From the NCBI RefSeq assembly GCF_000284115.1, contig NC_017080.1, positions 780,001 through 812,000 of the forward strand: a stretch of DNA of 32,000 nt, in the 5' to 3' direction. This document shows positions 25,664 through 32,000 of the stretch, in pieces; within the stretch, counting starts at the first letter, position 1; each line of letters starts with the position of its first letter. The notes under the pieces were generated by a model, which worked only from the letters and a program-made list of their open reading frames with translations, had not been told where the DNA came from and did not search any database. Both the position numbers and the translations under genes were made by a program. Source of the stretch: Phycisphaera mikurensis NBRC 102666. Lineage in GTDB: Bacteria > Planctomycetota > Phycisphaerae > Phycisphaerales > Phycisphaeraceae.

Positions 25664-26616
25664 ACGCGGCGGCCGGCGTGCTCGGGGACCTGATCGCCGC
25701 GGGCATTCCGGCGGAGGCCGACGCCCCCCTCGGTGCCCGCACGTGGTACCGCTGCGGCGGGCGGGCCGAGCTGCTCGTGAAGCCGCGGACCGTGGACGAA
25801 GCGGCGGAGATCCGGCGGCGGTCCGCGGATTCGGGCACGCCCTTCCGCGTGCTCGGCGGGGGGGCGAACCTGCTCGTGCCCGAGGGCGTGGTGCCGGGGA
25901 TCACGGCGCGGCTGGCGGGCCCGGCGTTCGAGGGTGTCCGGCTGGAGGCGCAGCGGCTGGAGGCGGGGGCCGGCGTGGACCTGTACGCGCTCGTCACCGC
26001 CGCCACCCGCGCCGGCCTCGCCGGGCTCGCCCGCGTGGCGGGGGTGCCCGGCACCGTCGGCGGCGGCATCGCCATGAACGCCGGCGGCGCCCACGGCGCC
26101 CTCGGCGACCGCCTCGCCTCGGCGACGCTGCTCGACGCGGCGGGGCGGCTGGAGCGGGTGCCCCCGTCGGCGCTGCGCCTGGGCTACCGGACCAGCGAGC
26201 TCGGCGGGCGGCTCGTCGTCGCCGCGGCCTTCCTTCTGGAGCCGGAGGACCCGGCGTCGATCCGGGCCCGCGTCCGCGAGCGGCTGGCGCTGAAGAAGGC
26301 CGAGCAGCCGCTCGCCGCGAAGAGCGCCGGCTGCGCGTTCCGGAACCCCTCGGGCGCGTCGGCTTCGGTCGGCGATCCACAAGATCCGGGCAGTTGGGCG
26401 GCGGGCAAGCTGATCGACGCCGCGGGCTGCAAGGGGCTGCGGATCGGGTCCGCCCGGGTCAGCGAGCGTCACGCGAACTTCGTCACGGTCGATGCGGGCG
26501 GCCGGGCCGCCGACGTGCTGGCGGTGATGGACGAAGCGGCCCGCCGGGTGGCGGACCGCTTCGGCGTCGCCCTGGAGCGCGAGGTCGCGGTCTGGACGAC
26601 CCGGCCTTCCCCGTGA
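25660..26616 (+). CDS. murB: UDP-N-acetylmuramate dehydrogenase
   Basis: 'ARTWYRCGGRAELLVKPRTVDEAAEI', 'RVLGGGANLLVPEGVVPGI', 'GVPGTVGGGIAMNAGGAHG', 'LGYRTSELGG', 'GCAFRNPSG...GSWAAGKLIDAAGCKGLRIGSARVSERHANFVTVDAGG'. Start CTG 25660 or GTG 25678. Confidence 0.9.
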   Translation: MNAAAGVLGDLIAAGIPAEADAPLGARTWYRCGGRAELLVKPRTVDEAAEIRRRSADSGTPFRVLGGGANLLVPEGVVPGITARLAGPAFEGVRLEAQRLEAGAGVDLYALVTAATRAGLAGLARVAGVPGTVGGGIAMNAGGAHGALGDRLASATLLDAAGRLERVPPSALRLGYRTSELGGRLVVAAAFLLEPEDPASIRARVRERLALKKAEQPLAAKSAGCAFRNPSGASASVGDPQDPGSWAAGKLIDAAGCKGLRIGSARVSERHANFVTVDAGGRAADVLAVMDEAARRVADRFGVALEREVAVWTTRPSP

Positions 26617-26642
26617 CCCGGGCCGCCCGCCTCCCGGCGGGT

Positions 26643-27833
26643 TCACCGCGGCAGCGGCAGCACGGCCGACCGCACCGCCGCGGGCGCCTCGCCCGCCGCC
26701 TCGGTCCAGTGTGCCGTGAGCCGCCCGCCCACCGCCGCCAGCAGCACGTGGCTCGGCAGGTCCGGCCCGCCGCCCGCGAACGCTGCCGGCTCCGACCAGG
26801 TCTCGCCGCGGTCCGTGGAGATGGCCGCCACGAGCGTCGTCCCTTCCGCCGCGTGGCGCGTCCACGCCGCGGCGACGACGCCGCCGCCGAGGGCGGCCAT
26901 CCGCGGGTGGGTCGCCCCGTCGCCGCCGAGGCGGACCGGCGGCGACCAGCTCTCGCCGGCGTCGTCGCTGAAGGCCCGGTAAAGACCGGCCGCACCGTCT
27001 TGGCCGGTCCACACCGCGGCGAAGAGCCGGCCGCCGTCGGGCTCGGCGGCGAGGCCGGCGCCGACGTGCGGGCAGCCGTCGGAGGCCCAGCCGAAGCGGG
27101 CGACGGGGCTGCCGTCGCTCCACGTCCGGCCGCCGTCGAACGTCCGCGCGGCGGCCATGTCGCTGGGCTCGACGTCGCGGTACACGAAGACTTCCGCGCC
27201 CCCGACGGCCGCGAGGGCGTTCCAGCAGCAGGCGCAGCCGGCGGCGTCCACGACGACGGGCTCGGACCACGACGACGCGTCGGGATCGAACCGGGCCGAA
27301 CGCATCGAGCGGGCGTCGTCGCTCGCGTCGATCCACACGAGGGTGAAGCCGCCGCCCGGGCTCGCCTGCAGCGCGGGGAAGCGGGCGCCGTGCGCTCCCG
27401 CCGGGTCGTCCGCCGGGAAGGGCGCGGGGTCGCCGGCGGGCGACCACGTCCGGCCGCCGTCGCGTGAGACCGCGGAGCCCAGCGGGCCCGATCCCCAGAC
27501 GCCGGTGCCGCGGCCGGGCCAGACCGCCAGCAGCGTGTCGCCGGCCGCGGCGATCGCCGCGTCCTCGCCGCGCGAGACCTTCTTGATCGGTGGGCCGGCC
27601 GGATCGCCCTTGACCGCGACGGGCGGAGACCACGCGGCGCCGCCGTCGGCCGAGCGGTCGTACGCGAGGCTCATCGTCTTGCCGTCGGCGTTGGCGTGGC
27701 CGACGAGCCGGTGCAGGACGCCGCCGTCGGCGACGACGGCGAGGCTGGCGGCGGGCGCCGGGCGGGTGCCCCCGGCCGCCGGCCCGCAGCCGCCGAGCGG
27801 GAACACGGCGGCCAGCGCCGCGGCGGCGAGCAC
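26643..27833 (-). CDS. Exported BNR/sialidase-like beta-propeller protein (putative lipoprotein) with CACC motif
   Basis: 'AVFPLGGCGPAAGG' lipobox-like, repeated Asp-box motifs 'SADGGAAWSPP', 'SRDGGRTWSPA', 'TFDGGRTWSDG', 'SDDAGESWSPP', 'STDRGETWSEP'; 'VVVDAAGCACCWNALAAV'. The start is uncertain. Confidence 0.82.
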   Translation of the reverse strand: MLAAAALAAVFPLGGCGPAAGGTRPAPAASLAVVADGGVLHRLVGHANADGKTMSLAYDRSADGGAAWSPPVAVKGDPAGPPIKKVSRGEDAAIAAAGDTLLAVWPGRGTGVWGSGPLGSAVSRDGGRTWSPAGDPAPFPADDPAGAHGARFPALQASPGGGFTLVWIDASDDARSMRSARFDPDASSWSEPVVVDAAGCACCWNALAAVGGAEVFVYRDVEPSDMAAARTFDGGRTWSDGSPVARFGWASDGCPHVGAGLAAEPDGGRLFAAVWTGQDGAAGLYRAFSDDAGESWSPPVRLGGDGATHPRMAALGGGVVAAAWTRHAAEGTTLVAAISTDRGETWSEPAAFAGGGPDLPSHVLLAAVGGRLTAHWTEAAGEAPAAVRSAVLPLPR

Positions 27834-27850
27834 CTTCAGCAGATGAGGCG

Positions 27851-28591
27851 TCAGTGCAGGTCCCACAGGCCGTCCTTGTAAGCGGGGTCGCGGCGGTCGA
27901 ACACGTTGTTGCCGGTCCACACGCCGACGGGGCCGGCATAGAACGGCGGCTCCATGCGGCGCGTGTCGGCGTGGCCGTCGAGCCAGGCGACGCTCGCCCG
28001 CTCGCCGTGCCGGGCGTTGGGCCGGCACTCGAAGCTGCCGGCGTCGGGCCGCCCCTTCCAGCTCGGCGGCCAGAGGTGCGTCGCGTCGCGGGGCTGGCCG
28101 AGGTCGTTGATCCCGCCGTCGGCGAGGCCGACCGTGTCGGAGGGGGCGCGGACCTGGTGGATCCGCTTTCGGTTGAGGTTCGTGTTGAAGCCGTAGCTCG
28201 CCTCCAGCACGACCCGCCGGCTCGGATCGAGAGGATCCGGCCGGGTGGGGTTGGCGTTCTCGGGGCAGTTCCAGACGTCCGCGTCGCGGTGCTCGGCGTT
28301 GGTCGCGGTCTGCTCCAGGTAGGGGACGAGCAGCATCTTGCGGTCGGTGCCGGGGCTCCAGGAGACCCACCGGCCGCCGTGGTCGTCGGCGAACATCAGG
28401 GCGGCTTGGCCGATGCTCCGCGCGTTGGCGAGGCAGGCGACGCCGCGGCCGGCGCCCCGGGCGGCCCCGAGCGTGGGGAGGAGGATGCCCACGAGCAGGG
28501 CGATGATCGAGATCACCACCAGCAGCTCGACGAGCGTGAAGCCCCGCGGGGCGGGGGAGGCGCCGGCGCGGCGCAAAATCGAAGAAGGCAA
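27851..28591 (-). CDS. Prepilin-type N-terminal cleavage/methylation domain protein with H-X9-DG motif
   Basis: '[58 protein letters not shown]...RHGERASVAWLDGHADT'. TTG 28591 start preceded by GGAAGGA. Confidence 0.88.
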   Translation of the reverse strand: MPSSILRRAGASPAPRGFTLVELLVVISIIALLVGILLPTLGAARGAGRGVACLANARSIGQAALMFADDHGGRWVSWSPGTDRKMLLVPYLEQTATNAEHRDADVWNCPENANPTRPDPLDPSRRVVLEASYGFNTNLNRKRIHQVRAPSDTVGLADGGINDLGQPRDATHLWPPSWKGRPDAGSFECRPNARHGERASVAWLDGHADTRRMEPPFYAGPVGVWTGNNVFDRRDPAYKDGLWDLH

Positions 28592-28710
28592 GAGAATCCT
28601 TCCGGCCGGGCGGCCGAACGGGGGGAGCGCGAGCGGCCGGCGGCCGCGCGTCGCGCAGGGGAAGAGACGCCGACGCGGACCCGGAGGCCCGCGCGCAGCG
28701 CCGTCGCGGT

Positions 28711-29112
28711 TCAGCCCGCGGCCGGCGGCGCCCGCCCGGCGAGCCGCCGCAGCGGCGCGGGCTCGGCGGGGCGGTGGGCGTCGTCGCGCTGCGCCGCGAG
28801 CCAGTCCAGGCGCTCGCTCGACGCGATCAGCACCAGGCCCGGCGCGGGCAGGTCGAGCGTGCCGCTGAAGTGGCAGATCGGGCAGGAAGAGCCCGGTTCC
28901 GCGGGGCCGCCGGGTGCGGGCGTTCGGCCGGGGTTCTCGCCGCCGGGCAGCACCAGCACGCAAAGCGGGCAGAGCACCTCGCCGCCGGGGGAGGCGGCGG
29001 CCGTGCCGCCGAGGCGGGCCGACCAGGCGTCGCGGTCGTGCATCGGGATCACCGCGCAGAACAGCACCCCGAGCCAGGCGCACGTCGCACAGGTGAAGAG
29101 GCGTTGCAGCAT
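28711..29112 (-). CDS. Small membrane/exported protein with two CxxC motifs (DUF2946-like?)
   Basis: 'MLQRLFTCATCAWLGVLFCAVIPMHDRDAWSARLG...EVLCPLCVLVLPGGE...SSCPICHFSGTLDLPAPGLVLIA'. Confidence 0.65.
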   Translation of the reverse strand: MLQRLFTCATCAWLGVLFCAVIPMHDRDAWSARLGGTAAASPGGEVLCPLCVLVLPGGENPGRTPAPGGPAEPGSSCPICHFSGTLDLPAPGLVLIASSERLDWLAAQRDDAHRPAEPAPLRRLAGRAPPAAG

Positions 29113-29210
29113 CGGGAGCCGGCGGGGCCGGCGGGAGACGTTACCCGCGGGTCAGCCGCGTGGCGGCGCGGCGCCGAGCCGGTCGGCGTCGGTCGGGTTC
29201 GGGCGCGGGC

Positions 29211-30629
29211 TCAAGCCTGCACGAAAGCCGGACCCGAGGCGTCGTACCCGTCGGCGGGGTGCAGCCGCATGCCCGGCGTCCGCGGGTCGCCGCCGAGGGC
29301 CGGATCGTCCGTGTCCCGCATCCAGCCGTCCAGCCGCGCCCGCATCTCGGCGAGCTCGCGGGCGTAGCGCGGATCCGCGGCGACGTTGCACGCCTCCGAA
29401 GGATCAAGAAACAGGTCGAAGAGCTGCTCGTCGGGGCGGGGCCCGTCGAGCACGCCCGCCGCGTGCAGCCGCGTCTTGCTCGGGCCGTTGTCGATGTTCG
29501 GGAGCACGGCGTGCGGCGGACGATGCGCGTCCAGCCGGCGGATGTAGCTGTGCCGGGCGGTGCGGACGCTCCGCATCGGCTCGTGCGCCGCGTGGTCGTT
29601 CACCTCCGCGAAGACGGCGTCGCGGACGGCGGCGGGGTTCTGCGGATCGTCCAACGCCGGGCGGAGGGTTCTGCCCTGGGCCCAGGCGGGCGTGTCGATG
29701 CCCGCCGCCTCGCACACCGTCGGCAGCAGGTCGACGTGGCTCACCAGCGAGTCGACCACGACGCCCTCGGGCAGGCCCGCGCCGGCCATCAGCAGCAGCA
29801 CGCCGGTGCCGTGGTGGGTGAGGTTGCACTTCATGTGCGGGAACGCAAGGCCGTGGTCGGTGGTGACGAAGACCAGCGTGTTCTCCTGGAGGCCCGCGGC
29901 GTCGAGCGCGTCGAGGATGGCGCCGTGGTAGCGGTCGAGCCGGGCGACCGCGGCGGCGAAGTCGGCGAAGTCGGCGCGGGTGGCGGGGGTGTCGGGCAGC
30001 GGCGCGGGGACGCGGGCGTAGCGTGAATCGCCGGCCGGCGAGCCGCCCGCGTTGTGCCACTGCTCGTCGGCCGGGCCCGCCCCGGGCTTCGGCGTGCGGT
30101 GCGTCGCGAAGAAGCCCACGTCCAGCAGGAAGGGCTTGCCCGCGGCGGCGCCGCCCGCGCGGTCGCCTCCGCTGCGCCGACGCAGGAACCCCGCCGCCAC
30201 CTCCACCGTCGCCTCGTCAAGCCCCGCCCAGTCGTGCGGATCCACCCCGCGTCGCTTTCGGAACAGCTCGTCCGTGTACCCGAGGTCGCGCATCGACGCC
30301 CCGTCCTCCAGCGTGTGGACGTGCTGCAGGCCGGCGAGGACCGTCTCGTACCCCGCGTCCCGCAGCACCGCCGGCATCGTCCGCTCCGGCTGCTCCAGCC
30401 GCCCGCCGCGGTGCGTGAGGCCCATCATCCCGTTGCTGTGGGCGTAACGGCCCGAGAGCAGGCAAGCCCGGCTCGGCGAGCACGTCGGGTTGTTGCAGAA
30501 GGCCTGCCGGTAGGTGACGCCCCGCTCGGCGAAACGCTGGAGATTCGGCGTGTCGACCGCGAAGCCGTAGGGGCTGGCGTGCCGGCCGGTGTCGTGGCTG
30601 TGCAGGTAGAGGACGTTCGGGCGCGTCAT
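29211..30629 (-). CDS. Sulfatase family hydrolase
   Basis: 'RPNVLYLHSHDTGRHASPYGFAVDTPNLQRFAERGVTYRQAFCNNPTCSPSRACLLSGRYAHSNGM' (C-x-P-S-R sulfatase signature), 'ENTLVFVTTDHGLAFPHMKCNLTHHGTGVLLLM'. The track ORF extends to 30638. Confidence 0.92.
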   Translation of the reverse strand: MTRPNVLYLHSHDTGRHASPYGFAVDTPNLQRFAERGVTYRQAFCNNPTCSPSRACLLSGRYAHSNGMMGLTHRGGRLEQPERTMPAVLRDAGYETVLAGLQHVHTLEDGASMRDLGYTDELFRKRRGVDPHDWAGLDEATVEVAAGFLRRRSGGDRAGGAAAGKPFLLDVGFFATHRTPKPGAGPADEQWHNAGGSPAGDSRYARVPAPLPDTPATRADFADFAAAVARLDRYHGAILDALDAAGLQENTLVFVTTDHGLAFPHMKCNLTHHGTGVLLLMAGAGLPEGVVVDSLVSHVDLLPTVCEAAGIDTPAWAQGRTLRPALDDPQNPAAVRDAVFAEVNDHAAHEPMRSVRTARHSYIRRLDAHRPPHAVLPNIDNGPSKTRLHAAGVLDGPRPDEQLFDLFLDPSEACNVAADPRYARELAEMRARLDGWMRDTDDPALGGDPRTPGMRLHPADGYDASGPAFVQA

Positions 30630-30814
30630 GGGCGGCATTCTGGCGTGCGGCGGAGGGCCGGCGACGGGCGCCCCCCCCGCCCCCGACCCCGGTGTCGATC
30701 CGCGTTCATCTGTGGCTGGTCCCTCGCCCCTGGCGGTGACGCGCTTCGGGACAGTCTCCAGGCCCGCGCGGCCGCGTGCCCGGCCGCGGGGCGAGGCTTA
30801 GCGTCCGCCCGCGC

Positions 30815-32000
30815 ATGCGACGGCGAAACCCTCCATCACCGCCTTGGGCGGCGGCCGCGGCGGCGGTGGCCGGCGTGCTCGCGGTGGCGGGGGTCCTGCT
30901 CCGGGACCGCTTGGCGGAGCCCGGCGGCGCGGCGTTTTTCGGGGGCCTCGCGGCAACCGGGCTCGCGTTGCTGATCCCCGGCGTGCTGCTGGCGCCGCGC
31001 CGGCCCGCGGCGGGTCGCCTCCGGCGGGGCATGGCCCGCCTGTCGGACTTCTGGCTCGTGGCGGTGCCCGGCCTGCTGGTGCTGCACCTGCACCTGCTCG
31101 CCGTGACGGGGCGGCCGACCTGGTTCTACGCGTGGCTCCTCGTGGACCGCACCGCCCACGCCTGGGCGGGCCCGGAAGGCCTCACGCCCAACCTCGGGCT
31201 CTTCCTGCCGGTCGCCGCGTCGATGGGGCTGGCGATGGTCGCGGTCCGGCTCGCGGTGGGGCGGCTGCGGGGGCGCCGCCTGCCGGGCCGGGTGTACGCC
31301 TTGCTGCTGGCGGGCGGCGCCGCGGTGGCGTTGCACCCCGCCGGCTGGGCTTCGGCTCCCGGCGGGAGCCCCGGCGGCTGGGAGCGGGCGCTGCCGGAGG
31401 TGACCGGGCCCACGGGGGAGGCCACGCGGGACACCGTGCTGATCGTGCTCGAGTCGCTGCGGGCGGACGTGCTCGAGCCCCGAACGATGCCCCGCGCGTC
31501 GGCGCTGGCCGAGGGCGGCCTGGTGCTCGGGCGGCACCACGCCGGGGCGAACAGCTCGCTGCTCGGGCTGCACGGCCTGCTCACCGGCCGCCCGGCGGCA
31601 CACGCCGAGGCCGACCTCGCCGCCGGCGTGATGCCGCCGCTGCTCGCCGCCGCGCGCCGAGCGGGTTACCGCACCGCGTGGTTCGACGGCGGCCACGAGG
31701 CGGCGGGAGCGGGCGGCTTCGGCCGGCTCGCCGGCCCGGCGTTCTTCGACCGCCACCACGCCGGCGCGAACGACGACTGGGCCGCGGGCGACGCCTGGGC
31801 GCTCGACCGCCTCGCCGACACCCTGGCCGAGCCAAACCGCCCGCCGGTGTTCGCCGTCGTCTTCCTCGTGGCCACGCATTTCAACTACCCGCCACCGCCG
31901 GCCGACGAACGCCGCTTCGCGCCCGCCGCCGGCGACGGCGGCCTGCTCGTGCCGCGGCCGCCGACCGGTCCCTTCCGCACGCCGGTCGTCAACCGGTACC
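30815..32000 (+). CDS. Membrane-anchored alkaline phosphatase/sulfatase-superfamily protein (LtaS/YejM-like), truncated by window edge
   Basis: Manual translation from ATG 30815 gives 'MRRRNPPSPPWAAAAAAVAGVLAVAGVLL...', several hydrophobic helices, then 'ATRDTVLIVLESLRADVL...LVLGRHHAGANSSLLGLHGLLTGRPAAH...FAVVFLVATHFNYPPP'. Open to the window end, so absent from the ORF track as one ORF. Confidence 0.8.
   Translation, partial: MRRRNPPSPPWAAAAAAVAGVLAVAGVLLRDRLAEPGGAAFFGGLAATGLALLIPGVLLAPRRPAAGRLRRGMARLSDFWLVAVPGLLVLHLHLLAVTGRPTWFYAWLLVDRTAHAWAGPEGLTPNLGLFLPVAASMGLAMVAVRLAVGRLRGRRLPGRVYALLLAGGAAVALHPAGWASAPGGSPGGWERALPEVTGPTGEATRDTVLIVLESLRADVLEPRTMPRASALAEGGLVLGRHHAGANSSLLGLHGLLTGRPAAHAEADLAAGVMPPLLAAARRAGYRTAWFDGGHEAAGAGGFGRLAGPAFFDRHHAGANDDWAAGDAWALDRLADTLAEPNRPPVFAVVFLVATHFNYPPPPADERRFAPAAGDGGLLVPRPPTGPFRTPVVNRY

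Overview
This 32 kb window is very GC-rich and looks like a planctomycete, probably Phycisphaerae-like (inference from PEP-CTERM proteins, H-X9-DG prepilin-like proteins and gene content). Housekeeping genes recognised: rpsP, trmD, hisS, lpxD-ompH/skp-bamA, leuD, murB, and a sucrose-phosphate synthase/phosphatase pair. The left edge carries the N-terminal two-thirds or so of a type I CRISPR Cas3 (HD + helicase) that the ORF track misses because it runs off the window. The most interesting region is about 12.78-18.55 kb. It contains an AT-rich perfect palindrome, two prepilin-like secreted proteins, three PEP-CTERM proteins (one resembling the all3515-type Zur-repressed family), a Fur/Zur-family regulator and a small His-rich CxxC exported protein. 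I propose it as a metal (zinc?)-responsive exported-protein island. A second, related-looking module lies at 26.6-29.1 kb (BNR-like lipoprotein with a GCACC motif, prepilin-like H-X9-DG protein, small double-CxxC membrane protein). Non-coding structures include a 153-bp MITE-like element with 17-bp TIRs and a TAA target duplication, a tandemly duplicated inverted-repeat element next to the sucrose-phosphate synthase gene, and a family of intergenic CCGCGGACCG repeats/hairpins. All assignments are by reading the sequence; no database search was run.
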